Origin: a virus
Taxonomy: Duplodnaviria > Heunggongvirae > Uroviricota > Caudoviricetes
Strand: one strand, 5' to 3'
Virus record (IMG/VR): IMGVR_UViG_3300044640_001538
Length of the DNA stretch: 64,000 bases
Shown here in pieces: positions 19,361 to 27,229 of the stretch. A program made the translations under genes and the position numbers. Numbering within the stretch: the first letter of the stretch is position 1; each line of letters opens with the position of its first letter. A model generated the notes under the pieces. The model saw nothing but the letters and a program-made list of their open reading frames with translations. It was not told where the DNA came from and did no database searches.

Positions 19361-20011
19361 TTATTTAGTATAATTACCAATTAAAAAAGCACCTACAGCA
19401 ACACCAACTGTTACGAAGAAGTTTTTTGTTTTTAACTTTTTATTCTGTTTCTTTAGATTGTTTATATTTTCTTCTGCCGATTTTTCTAACTGTTTTCTTG
19501 CTTCAATTTCTTTTTCCGCCGCAAATAACATTAAATCGTTACCTTTAATTATATCATTCTGCTCCGCAATAATAGTATCTTTATTTTGAGAAATCAGTTC
19601 TAAAATATCACCCTCTTCTAACTCTAAAGCAACTTCTTGAGCAACACAAACTTCCATTCTTAAAGAATCATTAACTAAAGCAGTTGAACCGACCTTATAT
19701 CTATTATTATAATATAAAGCCAAACCGTCTTTTGAAATTTTATCTTTTTTTACAGCCTCTAAAACTTTAATTCTTTTAGTAACAGTTACAATTCTGTCTT
19801 TTCTGTTGTTTATAACATTTTCTAGAGAGTCTTTTAATATAATTCTCTCCTTTTCTAATGTTTTTACGCCGTCTTTTTGTACTTTGTATTTATCTTCTAA
19901 AATAGAATACTCTCCTTTTAACTGTTGGTATCTATCGTTAGAACATTTTGAAAGGAGTAAAAATAAAGCTACAATTACTCCTAAAATTACTAAATTTCTT
20001 TTATTTAACAT
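19361..20011 (-). CDS. membrane-anchored coiled-coil protein
   Basis: N-terminal TM helix LVILGVIVALFLLLS, long charged coiled-coil, C-terminal hydrophobic helix. Confidence 0.45.
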   Translation of the reverse strand: MLNKRNLVILGVIVALFLLLSKCSNDRYQQLKGEYSILEDKYKVQKDGVKTLEKERIILKDSLENVINNRKDRIVTVTKRIKVLEAVKKDKISKDGLALYYNNRYKVGSTALVNDSLRMEVCVAQEVALELEEGDILELISQNKDTIIAEQNDIIKGNDLMLFAAEKEIEARKQLEKSAEENINNLKKQNKKLKTKNFFVTVGVAVGAFLIGNYTK

Positions 20012-20201
20012 CTTTAAAAAATTTATTTAGTTCGTTTTTATCTACTTGCCAAAACAAATAGTCATCTTCCTCTACGGGGTCCAAGTTTTCAATAATGCAA
20101 TCCGAAAAATCTGCAAAATACATCTGCCCTAAATATCTACCGATTTCATCTATAATTAAAACCGTATCTGTACCTCTTATTTGTTCTATTCTAACCAACA
20201 T
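20001..20201 (-). CDS. hypothetical protein
   Basis: ORF in track. Confidence 0.35.
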   Translation of the reverse strand: MLVRIEQIRGTDTVLIIDEIGRYLGQMYFADFSDCIIENLDPVEEDDYLFWQVDKNELNKFFKDVK

Positions 20202-20204
20202 TTC

Positions 20205-21803
20205 TTAAACTTTTGGGTATAGGACTACAACGCCTATGTTAAACATTTTTATTGCCGACTCTGAAGCTGATTCTAAAGCAACTCTAATAGATTTTTTACT
20301 GTCAATAATACCATCTGTTAATAGATTTGAAATTTCATCTTTAACTGCATTATACCCAACTCCAAACTTATCTTCCGAGTGTTTTAAATAGTTTATTCCA
20401 AAGTACTTTTTATTTTTTCTGTTGGCGTTTTTCAAGATTTGCAACATTGGCGACTTTAAAACTGTTTTTACTAAGTTATATCCCTTTTGTTCATCTTTAT
20501 TTGCAAACTTTTTGTACATTAAATTAGAAATAAACACTAAAGTACTTCCTCCACCTGGAATATATCCTTCTGAAATAGCAGATTTAACTGAAGCAAGTGC
20601 ATCGTCAACTCTGTCATACTTCTCTCTAATATCATTTGGTGTTAAACCCCCTACTTCAATAAGACAAGATTTGCCAGATAATCTTTTCATTCTAGCCAAG
20701 TCTGAAGGTGTTTTATCTTCTTTATCTCTCAAAATTTCAACTGCATCGAACACTTCTTGAGGGATATTCGCTACCGAAAGTACAGTTTGGTCATCTGAAA
20801 TAACTGCTTTATCGGCAAAACCTGTAACAAAAATAGGATTATTATCTTTATCTCTCTTAACGGTGTCTGGATTGTAAACTTCTGCTCCAGTGAACATAGC
20901 AATATCGTTCAATAAAGATACATTTTCATATTCTGATTGAACAGCAAGTCCAACTAAACAAATATTTACTCCTGCATTCTTTAAAACAATCAATCTGTCT
21001 TTAAATTCTGTAATAGGTCGTTCTGTAAAGATTAATAAAGGCGCTTTATTACCGTTTCTTTGTACAAAGTATTTTAAAAAGTCTAAAACCTCTGTATTTT
21101 CTTGCCAGATAGATAAACATAAAACAGAAACCTTCTCGTCTTCAAATACTGGTTTAGATTCTTTGTTTATAAAAAATGGAGAAGAAAAACCTTGATTAGG
21201 TAACACCATTCCACTTTGCTCAATAACTTTTATATCTTCTGTATTTTCATTTTTTGAAACTTCTATAACGCCGTCTCTACCAACAGAATTAAAAGCTTGA
21301 ACTATCTTACCACCTAACTCTGTATCGTTATTACAAGAAGTGTTAGCAATCATTCTAAGTGAATTTTCATCTGTATCTATAGCAAAATAATCTAAATTAC
21401 TATACACTTCACTAACTGCTGCTTTTATACCTCTTTCTACGGCTTTATTGAAATTTTTTCTCTTGAAATTGTTTAAGAAAGCTTTTTGAAAGACCATTGT
21501 TGTAGTAGTACTATCTCCAGACTTTTTTAAAGTGGATACAGCACCTTGAATAGCTTGTAAAGCACCAAAGTTTTTTGCTGGCTCTGCAAACCTAATTCTT
21601 AAAGCTACAGAAACACCGTCTTTTGTTAAAATTGGTGCATCTTTATCGTTTCCGCTGTCTAATAGCGAATACTTACCTTCAGCACCTAAAGTTTGAGCAA
21701 CTGCCTCACAAGCTTGTAAATAACCTTCATCTAAAAGGTCATAATCTTTAATCAATATATTGACAACCCCCTTTAACGGAGTTCTTTTTAAACTATTTAT
21801 CAT
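20205..21803 (-). CDS. groEL: phage-encoded GroEL-like chaperonin (Cpn60 family)
   Basis: Cpn60 hallmarks: TKDGVSVA, GDSTTTTMV (compare GDGTTTATV), a GGG ATP-binding loop near the C-terminus (PGGGSTLV), and DGIIDSKKSIRVALESA (compare GIIDPTKVTRSAL). Length 532 aa. Confidence 0.85.
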   Translation of the reverse strand: MINSLKRTPLKGVVNILIKDYDLLDEGYLQACEAVAQTLGAEGKYSLLDSGNDKDAPILTKDGVSVALRIRFAEPAKNFGALQAIQGAVSTLKKSGDSTTTTMVFQKAFLNNFKRKNFNKAVERGIKAAVSEVYSNLDYFAIDTDENSLRMIANTSCNNDTELGGKIVQAFNSVGRDGVIEVSKNENTEDIKVIEQSGMVLPNQGFSSPFFINKESKPVFEDEKVSVLCLSIWQENTEVLDFLKYFVQRNGNKAPLLIFTERPITEFKDRLIVLKNAGVNICLVGLAVQSEYENVSLLNDIAMFTGAEVYNPDTVKRDKDNNPIFVTGFADKAVISDDQTVLSVANIPQEVFDAVEILRDKEDKTPSDLARMKRLSGKSCLIEVGGLTPNDIREKYDRVDDALASVKSAISEGYIPGGGSTLVFISNLMYKKFANKDEQKGYNLVKTVLKSPMLQILKNANRKNKKYFGINYLKHSEDKFGVGYNAVKDEISNLLTDGIIDSKKSIRVALESASESAIKMFNIGVVVLYPKV

Positions 21804-22971
21804 AATTCTCTAGTAGCGTTTGTCCACGCTTTAAAATTGTTAATGACGCTAAAAAATCTGCATTACCTTCGTGAGAACATTTAACACATTTAAACGTTTC
21901 TTGATTAGGTCTGTTTTCTTTTGCAACATACCCACAATTATTACATTCTTGTGAACTATATTTAGCATCTATTTTTATTAATTCTGTTTTGTACTCTAAG
22001 TATTGAGCAAATTTACTCCAACTAACATCTGAAATAGCTTTTGAATAGTTTTTATTTTGTACCATTTTTGATACGTCTAAATCCTCTACAAAAACTGTTT
22101 GATAATTATTAGCTAACTCTCTTGAAACTTTATGAAGATAATCTTCTCTAACTCTTTGTATTTTTAAATAGATTTTCTTTACTTTTTCTACTTCTTTGTA
22201 AAAGTTGTTAGAACCTCTTTTCTTCAAAGCTAACTTTCTTTGAGCATCTGCTAATTTTTTAGCATACTTGTTAGTTGTTTTAATATTCTCAAAAAATTGA
22301 CCGTCTGAGGTAACTGCAAAATGTGTTATCCCTACATCAATTCCTACTTGTGCTTGGTTATTGCATTTTTGGATTTCGTGGTCTGTAACTATTTGTAAGT
22401 ACCAACCGTCAACTTTTTTAACTACTCTTGCTAATTTTATGTTTCCATATACTTCTCTACTTTTAAATATTTTTACTTTTCCTAATTTTGGTAAATTAAA
22501 TTTTCCGTCTTTTTCAAATCTTAAATCTGGAGTTATTCTTTTTGTATTACCTTGATTAAATTCTATTGATTCCCAGTCTTTTTTCTTTGCCCATTTGGGC
22601 TTTCCAATTTCAAATAGTTTCTTTTGATTAATTTCTGTTCCATTTTTTAAACATTTGTTGATGTAATCCTGTTTTAGTTTTGAAATTTTACCTTCTTTAA
22701 AATCTTTGAAAAACTTTTTATAGCTTTTATCAAGTCTTTCTATTGTACTTTGTAATGTGTTAGCATTTACATTAAAAATCCAAGTAAATTCTTTTTTAAG
22801 TTCTGGTAATTGTTTGCATAAATCAAACTTACTTAATTTCACACCTTTAGAATAAGCATATTCTTTAGTCTCTTTTGCTAAATTGTAGATATATCTAGTT
22901 ATGTTTAGATGCTCTTCAAACTTTAATTCAAGGGATTTAGTAGTTTTTATTTTAAAGGTATAGGTTATCAT
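21793..22971 (-). CDS. tnpB: TnpB (IS200/IS605-family OrfB; RNA-guided RuvC nuclease), solo with no tnpA
   Basis: RuvC-I GIDVGITHFAVTSDG, RuvC-II FVEDLDVSKM, zinc finger CNNCGYV...CVKCSHEGNAD, RuvC-III NADFLASLTI; OrfB-type N-terminus. Catalytic D/E/D are present. Confidence 0.85.
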   Translation of the reverse strand: MITYTFKIKTTKSLELKFEEHLNITRYIYNLAKETKEYAYSKGVKLSKFDLCKQLPELKKEFTWIFNVNANTLQSTIERLDKSYKKFFKDFKEGKISKLKQDYINKCLKNGTEINQKKLFEIGKPKWAKKKDWESIEFNQGNTKRITPDLRFEKDGKFNLPKLGKVKIFKSREVYGNIKLARVVKKVDGWYLQIVTDHEIQKCNNQAQVGIDVGITHFAVTSDGQFFENIKTTNKYAKKLADAQRKLALKKRGSNNFYKEVEKVKKIYLKIQRVREDYLHKVSRELANNYQTVFVEDLDVSKMVQNKNYSKAISDVSWSKFAQYLEYKTELIKIDAKYSSQECNNCGYVAKENRPNQETFKCVKCSHEGNADFLASLTILKRGQTLLENYDK

Positions 22972-23105
22972 TACTCTTTCAAGTCTTTAAGAATTAATGT
23001 TCTAACCCAAGAAGATAAAGATAAACCACCTGACTTCGCTTTTTGTTTAGCTTTATTTTTAGTTTCTTCATCAATCCTTATTAAGATATCCTTTTCTTTT
23101 ATCAT
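22971..23105 (-). CDS. ribbon-helix-helix (CopG/Arc-like) protein, 44 aa, not in track; translationally coupled to tnpB (TAATG overlap)
   Basis: Hand translation MIKEKDILIRIDEETKNKAKQKAKSGGLSLSSWVRTLILKDLKE: a beta-strand (ILIRID) followed by two helices is the classic RHH pattern. Its stop shares 1 nt with the tnpB ATG. Confidence 0.6.
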   Translation of the reverse strand: MIKEKDILIRIDEETKNKAKQKAKSGGLSLSSWVRTLILKDLKE

Positions 23106-23117
23106 TGTATTTAATTT

Positions 23118-23160
23118 TATATTGCAAATATACTACATTTATTTTAATTATGCAAATTTA
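23118..23160 (-). promoter_or_regulatory. Bacteroidetes-type promoter driving the RHH-tnpB-groEL operon
   Basis: caaatata at 23125..23132 (RC TATATTTG), with RC TTTG 20 nt upstream (tgcaaattta at 23151..23160). Confidence 0.6.
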
Positions 23161-23189
23161 TTACAACTATTGTACCAATAAATTTTTTA

Positions 23190-23387
23190 TTAAAGTTCAG
23201 TAGAGTATTGTTCGAACTCATCGTCTAAATCTAAATTTACGTGTAAATTGTTAGCTATATTCTCTAACTCTGTTTGTTGTTTTATAAAACTCTTCTTATC
23301 TTTTTCCCAAACTCCTGTCATATTACGACAAAAGTCTTGAAGCTCCCCACTCTCAGCGAGAGCTTCATATAACTTTTTAAAACTCAT
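23190..23387 (-). CDS. hypothetical protein
   Basis: ORF in track. Confidence 0.35.
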   Translation of the reverse strand: MSFKKLYEALAESGELQDFCRNMTGVWEKDKKSFIKQQTELENIANNLHVNLDLDDEFEQYSTEL

Positions 23388-23390
23388 TTT

Positions 23391-23603
23391 TTATTCTTCA
23401 ATTGACTCCAAAAGACTTAAATAGGTTTCCAAAGTAACGTTTTCAAAACTGCCGTCTAAAATGAAATAATTTGGCTGTTTGTCTTTCACTATTTTCAACC
23501 TTAAAGTATCTCCCGTAGTTTCCCAAGATACAAAACTAGCTTTAGTTTTTGCTTTTATTTGGTTCAGCCAGTAACTGTGCGATATCGTGTTCTTGTCCTC
23601 CAT
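23391..23603 (-). CDS. hypothetical protein
   Basis: ORF in track; 62-nt overlap with upstream ORF. Confidence 0.35.
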   Translation of the reverse strand: MEDKNTISHSYWLNQIKAKTKASFVSWETTGDTLRLKIVKDKQPNYFILDGSFENVTLETYLSLLESIEE

Positions 23604-23973
23604 CTTTTAAGTTTTTTGCAACGCCAGTGTTAATATTTTTTTCGTGAATTACGCCCAAAGAAAATAAAACCTGGTCTGCTAATAATGATAATTCTGTTGC
23701 TCCTCTAACTGGTTTGTCTACGTTTCTAAAGAATACGTTTGCTTCTTCTCCCGCATATTCTTGCCATTCAACTAAACTGTCTGTTAAAAAACCTTCTTTA
23801 TTAAAAGTATTATTAACTGTCTTTGGGTATTCGTAAGGTAAAAACAGTTCTGGTTGACTTTCTTTTACTTTTTGCGCAAAAAACATTAAACTAAGTAAGT
23901 TATTTGCTGGTATCAAAATAGATTGGTCATCTGTGTAACCATAATCTAAAGGGTTAATTTGTGTGTTCTCCAT
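23542..23973 (-). CDS. hypothetical protein
   Basis: ORF in track. Confidence 0.4.
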   Translation of the reverse strand: MENTQINPLDYGYTDDQSILIPANNLLSLMFFAQKVKESQPELFLPYEYPKTVNNTFNKEGFLTDSLVEWQEYAGEEANVFFRNVDKPVRGATELSLLADQVLFSLGVIHEKNINTGVAKNLKDGGQEHDIAQLLAEPNKSKN

Positions 23974-23975
23974 GA

Positions 23976-24686
23976 TTAAAAAGGAAGTTTTTGTTCTTTT
24001 GGTTCTGCAAATGCTTGAGCAGGAGTTGCTGTTGGTACTGCGTTTTTAGGCGCTTCTGCTTTTGGTGTAGTGGTATTATTACCCTCTTTCCAAGCTAATC
24101 TTTCAACACTTTCAATTAATGCACCATATAAGAATTCTAATTTAGCCTCTTTTGATGTTGCTGATACTTTTTTCTTACCTGCGAAATCTTTAAACTCTAA
24201 TCTCGGAATATCTCCTTTTGGATTATTTTCTGTCTGATAAGATAATGCTGGTTCGATTTTATTTTCTCCTACTTTTACTGTTAAACCTTTATTATCGTAT
24301 TTAACTTCTTCACCATTAACAGTCTCTCCTTTTTTCATATACCAATTGTTAATTGTATATACTGTTCCCTTTTCCATGTTTGGTAAATACCTTGTAAGTT
24401 GTTCAGTATACTCATCAACTTGGTCTCCTTGCCCCATAACTCTAAAAGTTACTACATAAGTTTCTTCTCCATCTTTTAAATGTACTCTTACTTCTTCTGT
24501 GTTGTTAAGTTTTTCATTAACCCTCTTGTCTACGTGACTTAAAACTCCCGTAACCCCTTTGTTATAATATTTTCTATAACTTTTTGTGCCAGCAGTGTTT
24601 GTATGCTCTACAAATCCTTCTTTAGCTTCTTTTGAGTACTGGAATAAAGTTCCATCGTAATTCACTTGTAAATAGTTTGTCGCCAT
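23976..24686 (-). CDS. hypothetical protein; possible single-stranded DNA-binding protein (C-terminal ...KLPF tail)
   Basis: Flexible Pro/Ala-rich C-terminus ending in LPF, reminiscent of the SSB tail (DIPF); no other motif confirmed. Confidence 0.3.
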   Translation of the reverse strand: MATNYLQVNYDGTLFQYSKEAKEGFVEHTNTAGTKSYRKYYNKGVTGVLSHVDKRVNEKLNNTEEVRVHLKDGEETYVVTFRVMGQGDQVDEYTEQLTRYLPNMEKGTVYTINNWYMKKGETVNGEEVKYDNKGLTVKVGENKIEPALSYQTENNPKGDIPRLEFKDFAGKKKVSATSKEAKLEFLYGALIESVERLAWKEGNNTTTPKAEAPKNAVPTATPAQAFAEPKEQKLPF

Positions 24687-24693
24687 CCTTTAT

Positions 24694-24966
24694 TTAATTA
24701 TTTAATTTGTTACTAATTTCTTCTATTGTTTCTTTCACTGTGAAATTTAATCCAGCTTTAGTAAAGATAACTGTTTCTTTTTGTTCGACGCGCACAAGAG
24801 ATACAATCTCATCTGTAAATATCGCCATTTCTTGTTCTATTTCTGCGTAATCTTCTTCGTTTAATTCGTAATCATCTCCTTCTGCTTCGAGGAATTTTAC
24901 TTTTGCCTCTGCTTCTTTTGTTAAGGATTCTCCAATTCCTGTAAGTGTAATTAGTTTTCTGTTCAA
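24694..24966 (-). CDS. hypothetical protein
   Basis: ORF in track; promoter copy just upstream. Confidence 0.4.
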   Translation of the reverse strand: MNRKLITLTGIGESLTKEAEAKVKFLEAEGDDYELNEEDYAEIEQEMAIFTDEIVSLVRVEQKETVIFTKAGLNFTVKETIEEISNKLNN

Positions 24967-24987
24967 AATGTTTTTATTTAAATTTTA

Positions 24988-25026
24988 CTTCTGCAAATAT
25001 ACGAAAAATTTTTGACATGTGCAAGT
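24988..25026 (-). promoter_or_regulatory. Bacteroidetes-type promoter copy
   Basis: caaatata at 24994..25001; RC TTG in gtgcaag 20 nt upstream. Confidence 0.55.
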
Positions 25027-25036
25027 TTTTTATTAT

Positions 25037-25780
25037 TTATTTTTCTTCCATTAATAACTCCAATTCAGCGAGTGCATTCCAGGCAACATGATAACAATGT
25101 GGTAACATACTTTCTAAATCTATCCCTTGTTGCATTCTATGACGTAATCCTGCGTCTGCATAAGCTTTACTTCCACCTTCTACACGTTTGAAATTAAGGT
25201 AATCTTTATCTGTTTCTTTATATTTGTTGTGCCCGTATTCAGAACATCTTACAATAGCCTCTAAAGCTTTAGGAAACTGCTTGAATAATAAAGACATTTG
25301 AGGTTTTAATTCATTTAGTTTTATCCCTTTTCCTTCAGTTTCTTTTACGCCGTGTTGTGCTTCAACTGCTCCGTCAATTAGTTCTTTCCATTGCGCTATA
25401 GCCTTATCTAACTTTGTCATCTTTTCTCCCTCTCCGCGAGAAACGTTTGTAATTGTATCGTCTTTTTCTAGTTTGTCATACTCTTCTTGTGTAATAAGGT
25501 TTGGGTTATTAAAATACATAGTATCAAGAAATTCTTGTTTATACCCTTCCGCTAAATTTAATCTATCTTTAACCTCTTTTAATTTTTCTTCTTGCTCTAT
25601 AGCTTCATCTAAGTATATCATTTTTTCTCCTGCTTTATGTCTTGTGCTTAATCCTATTGCTTCTTTAACTGCTTCGTTTACTTGTTTTTCGCCGCGAAAA
25701 GGATTAGAAACAGACAAATTATTCGAACTGTAAAACTCTTCTTCACTAACTTCTTTATTATTAAGATAATACTTTTGCAT
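25037..25780 (-). CDS. hypothetical protein (247 aa)
   Basis: ORF in track; contains an internal copy of the GC-palindrome motif (25683..25720). Confidence 0.45.
   Translation of the reverse strand: MQKYYLNNKEVSEEEFYSSNNLSVSNPFRGEKQVNEAVKEAIGLSTRHKAGEKMIYLDEAIEQEEKLKEVKDRLNLAEGYKQEFLDTMYFNNPNLITQEEYDKLEKDDTITNVSRGEGEKMTKLDKAIAQWKELIDGAVEAQHGVKETEGKGIKLNELKPQMSLLFKQFPKALEAIVRCSEYGHNKYKETDKDYLNFKRVEGGSKAYADAGLRHRMQQGIDLESMLPHCYHVAWNALAELELLMEEK
25683..25720 (-). repeat. GC-palindrome motif copy (inside CDS 25037..25780)
   Basis: TTTTTCGCCGCGAAAAGGATTAGAAACAGACAAATT. Confidence 0.5.
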
Positions 25781-25923
25781 ATATAATCAAATTTTCACTG
25801 TTAACTTCTATCTCCACTTGCACGTTTTTAATCGCCTTTTCAAAAGCATCAAAACTGTCATATTCTTTACCGTCTAAAAAATACCTAAAATTTCCTTGTG
25901 TTTTCATATCATTTTAAATTTAG

Positions 25924-25994
25924 ATGTTCAACCAAGACTTGAACTTGGAATAACTGCACCAAAAACAGTTGTGTTACCATTACACCATTGAACA
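25924..25994 (-). tRNA. tRNA-Gln (anticodon UUG)
   Basis: Hand-folded cloverleaf: 7-bp acceptor TGTTCAA/TTGAACA, D-stem GTGT/ACAC with loop AATGGTA, anticodon stem ACTGT/GCAGT with loop TTTTGGT (U33, UUG at 34-36, G37), T-arm CCAAG-TTCAAGT-CTTGG, discriminator T; CCA not encoded. Confidence 0.75.
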
Positions 25995-25999
25995 ATTTA

Positions 26000-26510
26000 G
26001 AGTAGCTACTTTAAAGCTTTTTCACTACTCTTTTTTACACTATGTTATTTTATTATTTTAATCCAAATAAGGCATTATCATCGCCAGGAAGGAAGATAGG
26101 TTTTAAAGTTTAACCTCTATAACTGCTGTATTACAATCAATCTCTGTTTATTTTACGTTGAACAGAATCCTCTACAGCGGAGTACAAAACAACGGCTTGA
26201 GAAAGTGGGTGAATTTGAATCACCAACGCCGTTTTTAACTCGGACTCTCCGTAAGGATAGCATCTACCAATGTTGTAGTCTTACTCTACACTCTTTCGCC
26301 ACACTTTCTACCACGTTTACGGTCCGCCGACAAAAAATTAAAAACGCATCCATCAAGATTGGGATAAAGCAACCTAAACCATAGGTATTAAATGAGGAAT
26401 CGAACTCTCTACTTTTATCATACTCGAACAAACATTAACACCTCTTGATAGTGTTGTAACTGTACTAGAAAAGTCCCATTACTTGTTTGTCTTTCTCTGT
26501 GTTTTTAATT
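26000..26510 (-). ncRNA. promoter-driven non-coding leader upstream of tRNA-Gln, with tRNA-like fragments (perfect T-arm GGTGATTCAAATTCACC at 26209..26225; 7-bp acceptor-like pairing GAAAGTG/CACTTTC spanning 26200..26308)
   Basis: No ORF across about 500 nt; a promoter copy at 26517..26547 points into it; T-loop consensus and complementary ends are present, but the 109-nt span does not fold as a canonical cloverleaf. Confidence 0.3.
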
Positions 26511-26550
26511 CTTCTGCAAATATACGAAATTATTTTTAATTGTGCAAATT
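26511..26550 (-). promoter_or_regulatory. Bacteroidetes-type promoter copy oriented into the ncRNA/tRNA region
   Basis: caaatata at 26517..26524; RC TTTG (tgtgcaaatt) 20 nt upstream. Confidence 0.55.
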
Positions 26551-26554
26551 TATT

Positions 26555-27223
26555 TTATTCTTTTTCTAAAAAATTTATAATGTCAGTTAAAATAGGATTT
26601 CTGTGGTTTGATTTTAATGTGATATAACCTACTAATCCTGTTCCTTCTAACCTCATAGTGTCATAAATACAACTATTTTTTCCAATTTGTTTATCAATCT
26701 GTTCTTTTGAACCACAGAAAATCATCTTACTTCCTTTTGATAAACGGGTTAAAATCGTTCTAAAATCTGCGTAAGTCATATCTTCATACTCGTCTACAAT
26801 AACTACGGAGTCTATAAAACTACATCCTTTTGCAACTTCTATTGGCATAATTTTTACAAGACCATCTTTTAGCATCTTATCTGTCATTTCTTTACCTTGG
26901 CAAACTTCCATATTTTGAGTAATCGGAAAAGTATATGGGCTCATTTTTTCCTCAAGCGTTCCTGGAAGTGCTGATAATGAGGTCTTTAACATTGGTCGAG
27001 TAATCCAAATATTATTAAACTGTTTCTTTCTAAATGATGTTAGTGCTGTATGAACCGCCGCCAAAGATTTCCCACTCCCAAAATCGCCGTGTAAAAATAG
27101 AACATCGTATTCATAAAAAAGCTTTACAAATTCTTTCTGTTCGTCATTTAAATCTACTTTTAATTTTGGTTCTGTTTTAAGAACTCTTTTCTCTTTGTTT
27201 TCTTTTGCTTTTTGCTGTGTCAT
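26555..27223 (-). CDS. phoH: PhoH-like P-loop ATPase
   Basis: Walker A GDFGSGKS, ITRP motif, Walker B VVIVDEYED, GSKEQID and HRNP motifs collinear with the PhoH family. Confidence 0.75.
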   Translation of the reverse strand: MTQQKAKENKEKRVLKTEPKLKVDLNDEQKEFVKLFYEYDVLFLHGDFGSGKSLAAVHTALTSFRKKQFNNIWITRPMLKTSLSALPGTLEEKMSPYTFPITQNMEVCQGKEMTDKMLKDGLVKIMPIEVAKGCSFIDSVVIVDEYEDMTYADFRTILTRLSKGSKMIFCGSKEQIDKQIGKNSCIYDTMRLEGTGLVGYITLKSNHRNPILTDIINFLEKE

Positions 27224-27229
27224 ATTAAA

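Noticed and set aside
26200-26308. Second tRNA gene suggested by a perfect T-arm and 7-bp acceptor pairing
   Set aside because: The span is 109 nt and I could not build a D-arm or anticodon arm. It is kept only as a tRNA-like ncRNA candidate, not called as a tRNA.
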